Shown here: positions 43,707 through 53,501 of the stretch, one piece after another | Layout: every line of letters starts with the position of its first letter | How positions within the stretch are numbered: the stretch's first letter is position 1 | NCBI GenBank assembly: GCA_000434555.1 | Contig: FR880110.1 | Span: 26,443-90,442, forward strand | Reading direction: 5' to 3' | DNA: 64,000 bases | From: Clostridium sp. CAG:524 | GTDB lineage: Bacteria > Bacillota_I > Bacilli_A > RF39 > UBA660 | Translations under genes and position numbers: made by a program | Notes under the pieces: model-generated | The model's input: the letters and a program-made list of their open reading frames with translations, nothing else | Database searches by the model: none | What the model was told of the DNA's origin: nothing

Positions 43707-44245
43707 TGGAAGAAAAGAAATTATGGTATGTTGTTAATGCATACAGCGGACATGAACAAAAAGTTAAAGATTATTTAGAATCAAGACGTGAAAGTATGGG
43801 AATGGAAAATAACATATTTAGAGTTATTATTCCAGAAAGAACTGAAATTGAAGTTAAAGATGGAGTTAAAAAAGAAAAAGTACGTAAAATGTTTCCAGGA
43901 TATGTTTTAATCGAAATGATTATGAGTGATGAAGCATGGTATGTAGTTCGTAATACTCCAGGAGTAACAGGATTTATAGGTTCATCAGGAAAAGGTGCTA
44001 AACCAATTCCACTTTCACCAGAAGAAGTTAAGAAATTTATTGCTGATGAAGAAGAAATGACTAAACCAATTAATTCAAATGTTGAAGTAGGAGACACTGT
44101 AACAATTATAGATGGTCCATTCAAAGGAATGTATGGTAAGATTGAAAGTGAAGACAAAGAAAATGAAAAACTTACTGTACTTATTGATTTATTCGGACAA
44201 GAAACTCCAGTTGAAGTTGATTTACTTCAAGTGTCAAAAATGTAA
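43706..44245 (+). CDS. nusG: Transcription termination/antitermination factor NusG
   Basis: WYVVNAYSGHEQKV NGN domain. KOW motif GDTVTIIDGPFKGMYGKI. Confidence 0.93.
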   Translation: MEEKKLWYVVNAYSGHEQKVKDYLESRRESMGMENNIFRVIIPERTEIEVKDGVKKEKVRKMFPGYVLIEMIMSDEAWYVVRNTPGVTGFIGSSGKGAKPIPLSPEEVKKFIADEEEMTKPINSNVEVGDTVTIIDGPFKGMYGKIESEDKENEKLTVLIDLFGQETPVEVDLLQVSKM

Positions 44246-44298
44246 AAAGGTTACCAAAAGTAATCTTTTTTTGATATAATGTTTTTAAGAGGTGAAAT

Positions 44299-44736
44299 AT
44301 GAAAAAAATAAAAGTATTATTACTAACATTTGCATTAGTTTTGCTTGCGGGTTGTGGTAAAAGTTTAACAAACAAATCAACTGGAGATACTATGAAAATT
44401 TCATTAGATGTTGATACTTCAAGTAATTATGTTTGGTCATATTCAATAATGGATTCAAATGTTATTGATTTAAAATCAGAAGAATTTTTAACACCAGCTG
44501 ATGATGAAACATTAGATGGTGATGCACAAGTATTAACATTTAAGGCATTTAATGAGGGAGAATCAGAAATAATATTAAGCTATATGAATAATGATAGTGG
44601 TAAAACTAAATATGATATAACTTATGTTATTACAGTTGATGCTAATAAGAATATCAAAGTAAAAGAGAAATCAGGAAAATATAGTAAGAAATTACCAAAT
44701 CCAGTAATATATACAGAATCTAATGATGAAAAGTAA
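44299..44736 (+). CDS. Lipoprotein, possibly a chagasin-like (I42) protease inhibitor
   Basis: Lipobox LLAGCG. The pattern ISLDVDTSSNYVWSY...DGDAQVLTFKAFNEGESEIILSY resembles I42 inhibitors. Confidence 0.5.
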   Translation: MKKIKVLLLTFALVLLAGCGKSLTNKSTGDTMKISLDVDTSSNYVWSYSIMDSNVIDLKSEEFLTPADDETLDGDAQVLTFKAFNEGESEIILSYMNNDSGKTKYDITYVITVDANKNIKVKEKSGKYSKKLPNPVIYTESNDEK

Positions 44737-45112
44737 TGTATATAAATTAACTGAGATTGATGATGAAATAATTGATTTATATATCGAATGTTTCAAAAAA
44801 GATAAAATATTTACTTCTAGAGATAAAAATATTATAAAAGATAGAGAATTAATCACAAAACTATTTAATTACTATATAAAATATGGAACACTTCTTTATA
44901 CAAAAAGATATAGTAAGAAAATATCTTTTCTATGCACATTAAAAATGAATGAAGTATTAGAAGATATGGAAGCAGTAAAATTAATTTTTGATAAAGAAAA
45001 GTATCCAGAAATTAATAAATACATTAGTAAAATAGATAAAAATTCAAATTATATAGTACTTGTAGGTGTAAATAAAAATTATTTTATTGCAAAAAAATAT
45101 AAATTAAATTGA
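44723..45112 (+). CDS. Hypothetical protein (129 aa)
   Basis: Overlaps the preceding gene by 14 nt. No diagnostic motif. Confidence 0.45.
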   Translation: MMKSNVYKLTEIDDEIIDLYIECFKKDKIFTSRDKNIIKDRELITKLFNYYIKYGTLLYTKRYSKKISFLCTLKMNEVLEDMEAVKLIFDKEKYPEINKYISKIDKNSNYIVLVGVNKNYFIAKKYKLN

Positions 45113-45160
45113 CATATGAAGTTTTATAAAGTAAACTTTTAAAAGTAAGGAGGAATTAAA

Positions 45161-45700
45161 ATGGAATTAAAAGGTAGTAAAACAGAAGCTAACTTAATGG
45201 CTGCTTTCGCAGGTGAAAGCCAAGCAAGAAATAAATATACTTACTATGCTAGTAAGGCTAAAAAGGAAGGGTATGAACAAATAGCAGAAATATTTGAAGA
45301 AACTGCTAATAATGAAAAAGAACATGCTAAATTATGGTTCAAAGAATTACATAATGGTGAAGTTCCAAGTACACTTGAAAACTTAAAAGATGCAGCAAGT
45401 GGTGAAAACTATGAATGGACAGAAATGTATAAAGAATTTGCTGAAACTGCTCGTGCTGAAGGATTTGATAACATTGCAAAATTATTCGAAAGTGTTGGTG
45501 AAATAGAAAAACATCACGAAGAAAGATATATGAAATTAGTAGGTAATATTGAAAATAATTTAGTATTTGAACGTGGTGAAGAAAAAGTATGGATTTGTAG
45601 AAATTGTGGCCATATTTATAAAGGTAAAAAAGCATTAAAAGTTTGTCCTGTTTGTAAACATCCAGAAAGCTATATGGAAATCAAAAAAGAAAATTATTAA
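45161..45700 (+). CDS. rbr: Rubrerythrin
   Basis: Ferritin-like ExxH motifs ([19 protein letters not shown]) plus a C-terminal rubredoxin CRNCGH...CPVCKHP. Confidence 0.9.
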   Translation: MELKGSKTEANLMAAFAGESQARNKYTYYASKAKKEGYEQIAEIFEETANNEKEHAKLWFKELHNGEVPSTLENLKDAASGENYEWTEMYKEFAETARAEGFDNIAKLFESVGEIEKHHEERYMKLVGNIENNLVFERGEEKVWICRNCGHIYKGKKALKVCPVCKHPESYMEIKKENY

Positions 45701-45716
45701 TTGTAAAAAAATATAG

Positions 45717-45747
45717 AAAATGCATCAAACTTAATGCATTTTTTTCT
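45717..45747 (+). terminator. Rho-independent terminator after rbr
   Basis: Stem AAATGCAT/ATGCATTT plus a T-run. Confidence 0.7.
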
Positions 45748-45788
45748 TTATTATGATAAAATTATTAAGAATAAAGGGTGTGATAAAT

Positions 45789-46835
45789 ATGAGAAGTGGA
45801 GTACTTAAAGGTGCTAGAAAAATAGAATTAGAGAAAAGAGATAATCTAGTTGGAAGACCTGGTTACATTTTAATAGATGTTTTAAAAGCAGGTATATGTG
45901 GTTCTGATATTCATTATTGGGAATCAGGAGCTCCAGCAGGACTTGTAATGGGTCATGAATTTAGTGGTATCGTTATTGATAATGGTGGAAGTAAGAAATT
46001 TAAAGAAGGAGATAGAGTTACAGCATTACCAATTTCACCTTGCCTTGAATGTGAAGAATGTAAAAGAGGAGAAGTTCAAATATGTAGAAACACATGGACT
46101 AATGCAGTTGGACTTAGTCTTGCTTTTCCAGGAGCATTTGGTGGAAGAATTTTAGTAAGAGAAGATATGGTAAGATTACTTCCAGACAATGTTACATTTG
46201 AGTCAGGAGCAATGGTAGAACCAGCAGCAGTTGGTTTAAGAGCAGCAGACCTTGCTAATGTTAAAAAAGGTGATAAGTGCCTAGTAATAGGTGGTGGAAT
46301 TATTGGACTTTTAACAGCAGAATTCTTAAAACTAAAAGGTGCAAGTTATGTAGCACTTACTGAAACAAATGAATTAAGAGGTAAAAAATCAGTTAAACTA
46401 GGTGCGGCAGATGAATATTTTAATGCATTAGATCCAAAACTAATGGAGAAATTATATGCTAAAACAAATAATAATGGATTTGATATAGTATGTGATTGTT
46501 GTGGTAATTCAGCAGCATTAACATCAGGAATAATATTTACAAAACCAAATGGAAACTTAATATTAGTAGGTATTTCACTTAATAATGTAAGTATTCCATT
46601 AGTGGCTGGAGTAATGAAAGAAATAAATATCAAAGGATCTATCGCATATAAAAGAGAAGAATTTGATGCTGTTATTGATTTACTTGCTAAAAAAAGAATT
46701 AATTTAGAAAAGTATATAGATGACATCGCTACATTAGATGACTTACAAGCATCATTTGAAAGATTAACAAGTGGGCAAGATGATGCAGTTAAAATACTAA
46801 TTGATCCAAATAAGCATAAAATAGTTGAATTATAA
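45789..46835 (+). CDS. Zinc-dependent alcohol/polyol dehydrogenase (sorbitol/threonine/butanediol dehydrogenase-like MDR)
   Basis: GICGSDIHYW, GHEFSG, structural-zinc CLECEECKRGEVQIC, Rossmann VIGGGIIG. ATG 45789 follows AGGGTG. Confidence 0.82.
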   Translation: MRSGVLKGARKIELEKRDNLVGRPGYILIDVLKAGICGSDIHYWESGAPAGLVMGHEFSGIVIDNGGSKKFKEGDRVTALPISPCLECEECKRGEVQICRNTWTNAVGLSLAFPGAFGGRILVREDMVRLLPDNVTFESGAMVEPAAVGLRAADLANVKKGDKCLVIGGGIIGLLTAEFLKLKGASYVALTETNELRGKKSVKLGAADEYFNALDPKLMEKLYAKTNNNGFDIVCDCCGNSAALTSGIIFTKPNGNLILVGISLNNVSIPLVAGVMKEINIKGSIAYKREEFDAVIDLLAKKRINLEKYIDDIATLDDLQASFERLTSGQDDAVKILIDPNKHKIVEL

Positions 46836-46866
46836 AAAAATACTGAACCTAATCGTTCAGTTTTTA
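46834..46866. terminator. Bidirectional terminator between convergent genes
   Basis: Stem ACTGAAC/GTTCAGT, flanked by A7 upstream and a T-run downstream. Confidence 0.65.
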
Positions 46867-47387
46867 ATTCCATAACTTTTATCTTTAGTATCATAAAATA
46901 AATAATTATGAGGTGGATTATAAGTAAGATAATAAAACATAAAATATATCAAAAACAATAAAATAATTCCTATATAATTTGAATATTTAATTTTATTTGA
47001 ATTAATTATCTTAAAACTTAAATATTCCATAAAACAATAATCTAAAAATAATAAACTAATAGATACTATCATATTATGACTAATAAATTTATCAATAATA
47101 AGATAAGGTACTAAATAAGCAATTATACCTACTATTATAGAAATACAAAGTGATATTAATAAATTATCATAATTGATATTCTTTTTCTTATAATAAATCC
47201 ATTCAAAAATACCATATAAGAGAAAAGGAGTAGCCATTAATTTCATATGCTCCCATATACTTTCATTAATCGGACAAAGCACACTAAAAATAAAATTATT
47301 ATTCCATTCATATAAAAAATGACATAAAATAGATAAAGGCATTATAACAAAAACACCTATAATTTTAATCTTTTTCATAATAATCAT
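46857..47387 (-). CDS. Polytopic membrane protein (DUF6512-like)
   Basis: Five or six hydrophobic helices. The CPINESIWEHMKL motif resembles that family. Start is 47387 or 47378. Confidence 0.5.
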   Translation of the reverse strand: MIIMKKIKIIGVFVIMPLSILCHFLYEWNNNFIFSVLCPINESIWEHMKLMATPFLLYGIFEWIYYKKKNINYDNLLISLCISIIVGIIAYLVPYLIIDKFISHNMIVSISLLFLDYCFMEYLSFKIINSNKIKYSNYIGIILLFLIYFMFYYLTYNPPHNYLFYDTKDKSYGIKN

Positions 47388-47546
47388 TAATATTATATCG
47401 AATTTCCTTGATTTTATGCAGTTTTTATGCTATTATCTAGTAGTCGATTTATATTGGATTAATATAAATTAGAAGTGGGAGATTAGGGTTATCAAGAATA
47501 CCACTCGCGAAAAAAATAAAACTAAATTATATAGGAGGTGTTTTTC

Positions 47547-48152
47547 GTGGCAAAGAATGTTGTAAAGAAAATTAAATTACAAATCCCAGCAGGAAAAGCA
47601 ACACCAGCTCCACCAGTTGGAACTGTTTTAGGACCTGCAGGAATTAATCTACAAGAATTTTGTACAAAATATAATGATGCAACTAGAGAAAAAATGGGAG
47701 ATATAGTACCAGTTGAAATTTCTATTTATGATGATAGATCATTTGACTTCGTTTTAAAAACTCCACCAACTCCAACTTTATTAAAGAAAGCTGCTGGAAT
47801 TGATAAAGGAAGTACTAAAGGTGCTAACAATGTAGTTGCTACATTATCAAAAGATGATATTCAAAAAATCGCAGAAATCAAAATGCCAGATTTAAATGCA
47901 TATGATTTAAAATCAGCAATGAATACAGTTGCTGGAACTGCTAGAAATATGGGTATCGCAGTTAAGGGATTAAACGATGCTGAATTAGCTGAACAAGAAA
48001 GAGAAGCAGAAGAAGCTGAAGCACAAGCTGCTAAACTTGAAGCTGATTTAGAAGCGATGGAAGAAAGTGCTAAAGCATTAGCTGATGGTGCTAATGTTGA
48101 AGTAGAAGTAACACATCAAGATACTAAAGAAGAAACAGAAAGCGAAGAATAA
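47547..48152 (+). CDS. rplK: 50S ribosomal protein L11 with a ~60-aa acidic C-terminal extension
   Basis: GTG start 8 nt after AGGAGG. KKIKLQIPAGKATPAPPVGTVLGPAGINLQEFC ... GTARNMGIAVKG is the complete L11 core. It continues with LNDAELAEQEREAEEAEAQAAKLEADLEAMEES...KEETESEE. Confidence 0.9.
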   Translation: MAKNVVKKIKLQIPAGKATPAPPVGTVLGPAGINLQEFCTKYNDATREKMGDIVPVEISIYDDRSFDFVLKTPPTPTLLKKAAGIDKGSTKGANNVVATLSKDDIQKIAEIKMPDLNAYDLKSAMNTVAGTARNMGIAVKGLNDAELAEQEREAEEAEAQAAKLEADLEAMEESAKALADGANVEVEVTHQDTKEETESEE

Positions 48153-48216
48153 TTAAATAAAAAAATTATTCGTGAGAAATAGAGATAATCCAAAGACCAC
48201 ATAAGGAGGTTAGTTT

Positions 48217-48906
48217 ATGAGAAAACATAGTAAGATGTATGTGGAAGCATTAGGTAATGTTGAAAAAAATAAAAGTTACGATGTTACTGAAGCGATTAAA
48301 GTACTTAAAAGTCTTAAAACTAGAAAATTTGATGAATCAGTTGATGCTGTATTAAAATTAAACATTGATGCTAAAAAAACTGATATGAATGTGAGAGGAA
48401 GTTTTGTTCTTCCTAACGGAACTGGTAAGACTAAAAGAGTATTAGTTATTACTAAAACTAAAGCATCTGAAGCTAGCGAAGCTGAATACTGTGGAGCAGA
48501 AGATATGTTAGAAAAAATCGAAAAAGAAAATTGGTTCGATTTTGATACAATCGTTGCCACTCCAGAAATGATGCCTGCATTAGGAAAACTTGGTAAAATT
48601 TTAGGACCTAAAGGATTAATGCCTAATCCTAAACTTGGAACAGTTACTACAAATGTTAAAGATGCAGTTAGTAATATTAAAAAAGGTATGGTAGAATACA
48701 AAAATGATTCTTATGGAAATGTACACTTCTCATTTGGTAAACTATCATTCAGCGAAGAAAAACTTGAGGAAAACTTAAGAGCTATCGTTGCTGAAATAGT
48801 TAAAAATAAACCAAGTAGTGTTAAAGGTACATTCGTTAAAGGAATTAGTATTTCAACAACTATGGGTCCTGGTGTTAAAGTAGATAAAGCTTCATTTGGA
48901 CTTTAA
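48217..48906 (+). CDS. rplA: 50S ribosomal protein L1
   Basis: 229 aa. KSYDVTEAIKVLKSL, ESVDAVLKLNIDAKK, GKILGPKGLMPNPKLGTVT. Confidence 0.93.
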   Translation: MRKHSKMYVEALGNVEKNKSYDVTEAIKVLKSLKTRKFDESVDAVLKLNIDAKKTDMNVRGSFVLPNGTGKTKRVLVITKTKASEASEAEYCGAEDMLEKIEKENWFDFDTIVATPEMMPALGKLGKILGPKGLMPNPKLGTVTTNVKDAVSNIKKGMVEYKNDSYGNVHFSFGKLSFSEEKLEENLRAIVAEIVKNKPSSVKGTFVKGISISTTMGPGVKVDKASFGL

Positions 48907-48909
48907 TAT

Positions 48910-48934
48910 AAAGCACGAAAGTGCTTTTTCTTTT
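48910..48934 (+). terminator. Rho-independent terminator after rplA
   Basis: AAAGCAC-GAAA-GTGCTTT followed by TTCTTTT. Confidence 0.75.
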
Positions 48935-48949
48935 GCATGAAAAAAGCCA

Positions 48950-49156
48950 TTATTTGTGATGCTCATCAAATGGCTTCATAAGTATTCCTGTTGATACTAA
49001 ACCACTAATACCAACAAGTGCATAAATAAAATTAGTTAAGAATGTGTCTACTCCAAAAAGAAGGGATACTAAATTAACATTAAATATACCGACCATTCCC
49101 CAATTTATCGCACCTATAATAACAAGAGTAAGTGCAATCTTATATAGCGTATTCAT
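48950..49156 (-). CDS. DUF378 small membrane protein
   Basis: MNTLYKIALTLVIIGAINWGMVGIF is typical of DUF378. The ATG follows AAGGAGG. Confidence 0.7.
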   Translation of the reverse strand: MNTLYKIALTLVIIGAINWGMVGIFNVNLVSLLFGVDTFLTNFIYALVGISGLVSTGILMKPFDEHHK

Positions 49157-49255
49157 TAATTCCTCCTTACATACTACTATTATGTACAAAAAAATAAAAT
49201 TATATTCATATAAATAATAAATAAAAATATAATTTATTGTGAAGGGGGAATTAAT

Positions 49256-50236
49256 ATCAAAAAGATAATAGTACTATTAATGACATGTTTACTTTTAGTT
49301 GGATGTAATAAAATGGATTCAAGTTCATCTATTAAAAAATATAAAAAATTACTAAATGATAATAGTATGTATAAACTAACTGGTGAAATGGACATAGTTA
49401 GTAATGAAGAATTATATCACTATAATGTAACAGTTGACTATATGGAAGGAGAATATTATAAAGCATCACTTATAAACAAAGATAATCGTCATGAACAAAT
49501 AATACTTAAAAATGAAAATGGTGTATTTGTAGTAACTCCAAGTTTAAATAAGAGTTTCAAATTTCAAAGTGAATGGCCATATAATAGTAGTCAAGCATAT
49601 ATATTATCATCACTACTCAAAGATCTTGAAAATGATTCTAATGTTACATTTGAAGAAAAAGAAGATAAATATATATTAGGGTCTACAGTTAATTATCCAA
49701 ATAATACATCATTAATAAGTCAAAAAATTACATTTGATAAAGATATGAAACCAGAATTAGTAGAGGTATTTAATAAAGAAGGAATAGTTAATATAAAATT
49801 CAAAATATCTAAAATAGATTTTAAACCTGAATTTAAAGAAGATAATTTCGAAGTAGAAAATACTGCTAGTGATAATACAATAGACAATGTAGGCAAAATA
49901 GATGAAGTAGTTTATCCAATGTACTTACCAACAGGAACAAAATTTAAAAGTGAAGAAACAGTAAAAACTGATGATACAGAGAGAGTTATATTAACATTTA
50001 CTGGAGAAAAGTCATTTATATTAATAGAGGAAGCTAGTAAAGTACCTAAAGAATTTGAAGTAACTTCAAAAGATGGTGAACTAGTATTTTATGAAACAGT
50101 GATGGGTTCACTTTCAGGTTCTTCATTAAACTGGACTATGAATGGTAAAGATTACTATATCATTGGAGAAAACTTATCAAATGAAGAATTATTAAAAGTA
50201 GCATCATCAACCTCTATTGTATCTTTAACAAAATAA
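49256..50236 (+). CDS. LolA-like/YdcC-like lipoprotein; probable non-AUG (ATC) start
   Basis: The first canonical start (ATG 49280) would give MTCLLLVGC, with no charged n-region. The in-frame ATC at 49256, 7 nt after GAAGGGGG, gives a textbook lipoprotein signal (I/M)KKIIVLLMTCLLLVGC. The frame is open back to 49220 with no ATG, GTG or TTG. Confidence 0.55.
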   Translation: MKKIIVLLMTCLLLVGCNKMDSSSSIKKYKKLLNDNSMYKLTGEMDIVSNEELYHYNVTVDYMEGEYYKASLINKDNRHEQIILKNENGVFVVTPSLNKSFKFQSEWPYNSSQAYILSSLLKDLENDSNVTFEEKEDKYILGSTVNYPNNTSLISQKITFDKDMKPELVEVFNKEGIVNIKFKISKIDFKPEFKEDNFEVENTASDNTIDNVGKIDEVVYPMYLPTGTKFKSEETVKTDDTERVILTFTGEKSFILIEEASKVPKEFEVTSKDGELVFYETVMGSLSGSSLNWTMNGKDYYIIGENLSNEELLKVASSTSIVSLTK

Positions 50237-50334
50237 TTTAGTTAGAAGCGAATACAAAGTTCACTTCTTTTTATTTACACTTTTATTTTATAAAAAAATA
50301 TGTTATTATTTATAATAGTATAGGAGAAAAGAAT

Positions 50335-50838
50335 ATGAAAGGTAAAATAATAAGTTATTCTATATCTATAGTATTTCTAATATTATTTATTTTTGTTTTG
50401 ACATATTCTTATCTTAATACTAATTTTAGTCAAAAAGGAAATATAGATTATAAAAGAAAATACTATGATATTGTATTTAATAATGTAACTATTGATGCAG
50501 ATACTACTATGAAGGTTAAATTAGATAGTGATAGTGATACTATTAAAATAAAAGTAGAAGATTTAAATGAATTTAGAAAAGCTAATTCCTTTAGTATAGA
50601 TTTAACAAATATAGGTAATATAAATGCAATAATAAAGAATATAAGAATATTAAATACAAATTCAAATGTACAACTTAAAGATGTTAATGTAGATATATCT
50701 ACAAATGTAAATGATATTATAAATGGTGGAGAAACAAAGAAATTAATAATTTGTATTACATATAATAAAACTAGTAAAATAGAAAATCCATATTACTTTT
50801 TTGATATAAAATATGATTTTGATGAAGTAATTCTTTAA
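50335..50838 (+). CDS. Membrane-anchored beta-rich protein, unknown function
   Basis: RBS AGGAGAAAAG. N-terminal TM helix ISYSISIVFLILFIFVL. Confidence 0.55.
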   Translation: MKGKIISYSISIVFLILFIFVLTYSYLNTNFSQKGNIDYKRKYYDIVFNNVTIDADTTMKVKLDSDSDTIKIKVEDLNEFRKANSFSIDLTNIGNINAIIKNIRILNTNSNVQLKDVNVDISTNVNDIINGGETKKLIICITYNKTSKIENPYYFFDIKYDFDEVIL

Positions 50839-50887
50839 AAAAAGAATTTTTTTTGATATAATGTTTTTATAGATTATAGGAGGATAC

Positions 50888-52123
50888 ATGAAGGAGATAA
50901 TTTCTAGTTTAGATATTGGTTCATCTACAATAAAACTTGTAGTAGGTGAAGTTTATAATAATGAAGTTAATGTTTTGTCTGTATCTGAAGTAAAATCAAA
51001 AGGGGTTAAGAAGGGAATAATAGTAAATCCTGAAGAAACACTTGTATCATTAAAAGAAGCATTTAACAGAACCGAAGAAATGTTAAATATTAAAATTAAT
51101 AAAGTAGTTTTATTAGTTCCATCATATTATGCTGAGTTTATAATAACTGAAGGTAGTACTAATGTTAGAAATGAAGAAGGTATTATTGATGGTAATGATA
51201 TAGTATCTGTTTTACAATCATGTGTTTATAATAAAGTACCTAATAATAAAGAATTCATATCAATTATGCCAATTGAATTTGTTATTGATGATAAAGAAAA
51301 AGTAAAAGATCCAAAAGGTATGAAAGCTGAGAAATTATCATGTAAGGCAGTAATAAGTTTAGCACCTAAAAAGAATGTGTATACAGCAGTTTCACTTTTA
51401 GAAAATTTAGGGGTAGGAGTTGTAGATATAAATTTTGGTGGTATTGCTGACTATTATGAATTTAAGACTAGTGAACTTGATAAGAAGAATACAGCAGTTG
51501 TTAATATAGGTGATGAAAAAACTGAAGTAAGTATATTCAAAAAAGGAATAATGATTGAAACAGAAAATATAGAAATTGGTGGAAAAAATATTGACAGAGA
51601 TATTTGTTACATATATGATATAAGTAGAAAGAGTGCAAAAGTATTGAAGAAAAAATTTGCTTTAGCATCTAAAAGAAATGCATCTACTTCATGGAGTGAA
51701 GATGTAGAAAATAATACAAAAGAGAATATAAAAATAAGTCAATATGAATTAAGTGAAATAATTAATTCAAGGATAAAAGAGATATTGGAACTAGTAAAAA
51801 AGCAAATTAACCTCTTAACAAAGATGGAAATTAGTTATATAATAATAACTGGAGGAACAACAGAGGTAAATGATTTTAATCTAGTTGTCGATGAAGTGTT
51901 TGGTAGAGAAATGAAATCTTATAAGGTAAAAGAAATAGGATGCAGACACAATAAATATTCTAGTTCTCTTGGACTAATAAAATATTATCATGATAAGTTA
52001 GCGTTTAGAAATAAACTTGCTTATACAGTTGATGAAGAAAGTCAAAGTGAACTTATAAATACAAAGAAAAGTAATAATAGCACAGTACTTGGAAAAATAT
52101 ATGGATATTTTTTCAACGATTAA
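50888..52123 (+). CDS. ftsA: Cell division protein FtsA
   Basis: SSLDIGSSTIKLVVGE actin-like fold. Directly precedes ftsZ. Confidence 0.9.
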   Translation: MKEIISSLDIGSSTIKLVVGEVYNNEVNVLSVSEVKSKGVKKGIIVNPEETLVSLKEAFNRTEEMLNIKINKVVLLVPSYYAEFIITEGSTNVRNEEGIIDGNDIVSVLQSCVYNKVPNNKEFISIMPIEFVIDDKEKVKDPKGMKAEKLSCKAVISLAPKKNVYTAVSLLENLGVGVVDINFGGIADYYEFKTSELDKKNTAVVNIGDEKTEVSIFKKGIMIETENIEIGGKNIDRDICYIYDISRKSAKVLKKKFALASKRNASTSWSEDVENNTKENIKISQYELSEIINSRIKEILELVKKQINLLTKMEISYIIITGGTTEVNDFNLVVDEVFGREMKSYKVKEIGCRHNKYSSSLGLIKYYHDKLAFRNKLAYTVDEESQSELINTKKSNNSTVLGKIYGYFFND

Positions 52124-52133
52124 GGAGTGAAAT

Positions 52134-53195
52134 ATGAATAATTTAGAGATGGATCAAATAGCCGATATAAAAGTAATTGGTGTCGGTGGTGGCGGATGTA
52201 ATGCAGTAAATAGAATGATAGATTCAGGACTTAGAGGAGTTGAATTTATTGTTGCGAATACTGATCAACAAGTATTAAATGTATCTCATGCCGAAAATAA
52301 AATTCAATTAGGAAAGACTATAACTAAAGGAAGAGGAGCAGGTACTAGACCAGAGGTTGGTAGAGAAGCAGCACTTGAAGCAAAAGAAGAAATTGAGGAT
52401 GCTTTAAGAGGAGCTGATATGGTATTTGTTACTTGTGGACTTGGTGGTGGAACTGGTACAGGAGCTGCTCCAGTTGTTGCTGAAATCGCACAAAATCTTG
52501 GATGTTTAACAGTTGCAATAGTAACTAAACCATTTAAGTTTGAAGGTAAGAAAAGAATGGATTATGCTTTAGTTGGACTTGATGAACTTAGAAAACATGT
52601 TGATACTATTGTTGTAATACCTAATGATAAGTTAAGAGATTTAATTGATAGAAGTACTCCACTTAATGCAGCATTTAAAGAAGTTGATAATGTTCTTCGT
52701 TTAGGAGTTCAATCAATAAGTGACTTAATTAGTGTTCCAGGACTTGTTAACCTAGACTTTGCTGATGTTAGAACTATCATGGAAGATAGAGGAGATGCAC
52801 TTATTGGTATAGGTGTTGGATTTGGAGATAATAGGGCAGTAGAAGCTGCTAAACAAGCAGTAAATAGTCCACTACTTGAACAAACTATCAATGGAGCAAC
52901 AGATTGTATTGTTAATATAACTGGTGGTAATTCCATGGGACTTTTTGAAGCAGAAGATGCTGTTGAAGTTGTAAGAGCAGTAGCCAATACAGATGTAAAT
53001 ATCATATTTGGTGCTGTTATCAATGAAGCATTAACTGATGAAATAGTTGTTACAGTTATCGCAACAGGATTTGAAGATTCAACTGAACCACTTTATCGCT
53101 CAATAGAAGGAGAAAAGAAATCAGTTCAAGAAATCAAAGATGATGACGATGATGAATTAGAAATGCCAGCATTCTTAAGAAATAGAGATTTCTAA
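52134..53195 (+). CDS. ftsZ: Cell division GTPase FtsZ
   Basis: [29 protein letters not shown]-terminal peptide [10 protein letters not shown]. Confidence 0.97.
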   Translation: MNNLEMDQIADIKVIGVGGGGCNAVNRMIDSGLRGVEFIVANTDQQVLNVSHAENKIQLGKTITKGRGAGTRPEVGREAALEAKEEIEDALRGADMVFVTCGLGGGTGTGAAPVVAEIAQNLGCLTVAIVTKPFKFEGKKRMDYALVGLDELRKHVDTIVVIPNDKLRDLIDRSTPLNAAFKEVDNVLRLGVQSISDLISVPGLVNLDFADVRTIMEDRGDALIGIGVGFGDNRAVEAAKQAVNSPLLEQTINGATDCIVNITGGNSMGLFEAEDAVEVVRAVANTDVNIIFGAVINEALTDEIVVTVIATGFEDSTEPLYRSIEGEKKSVQEIKDDDDDELEMPAFLRNRDF

Positions 53196-53223
53196 AACAA
53201 TAAAAAATAGAATCAAAATAATG

Positions 53224-53250
53224 AAGGTACTAGAAATAGTACTTTTTATC
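53224..53250 (+). terminator. Rho-independent terminator after ftsZ
   Basis: GTACTA-GAAA-TAGTAC with flanking A:T pairs, then TTTTTAT. Confidence 0.7.
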
Positions 53251-53501
53251 TTGTCTAATTTTTATAGAATAGGAAGTGTGATATGAAGAAATATATAATT
53301 CTTGGTCAAACGATGTATATGGCGTTTCACCAGCATTTAGAATTGGGTAAGCATGTAAACTAAATTGTAAAAAGATGGTATTGAAAAATGCTATTTTTTT
53401 AATTTACATCTAATTTACATTACATATTGATTTACATAATAAAAAAATATATAATGAATTTAAGAGTAGTAAAGATAATACTGCTATAGGAGGGTTATAA
53501 T

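Noticed and set aside
47430-47546. Possible structured L11-operon leader (AGTGGGAGATTAGGGTTATCAAGAATACCACT stem) as an L1 autoregulatory site
   Set aside because: Only a short 5-bp closing stem is visible. I cannot match it to a known leader family from memory, and no comparable element precedes rplA.
53265-53362. Shared motif ATAGAATAGG...ATATGAA after the ftsZ terminator, after the pilin terminator (59909-59936) and upstream of the SDR gene (34331-34358), each followed by an ATG; short ORFs of 26 and 25 aa at the first two
   Set aside because: The similarity is explained by a generic -10 box (TAGAAT), a purine-rich SD and an ATG. The two short ORFs share no sequence and have no other support.
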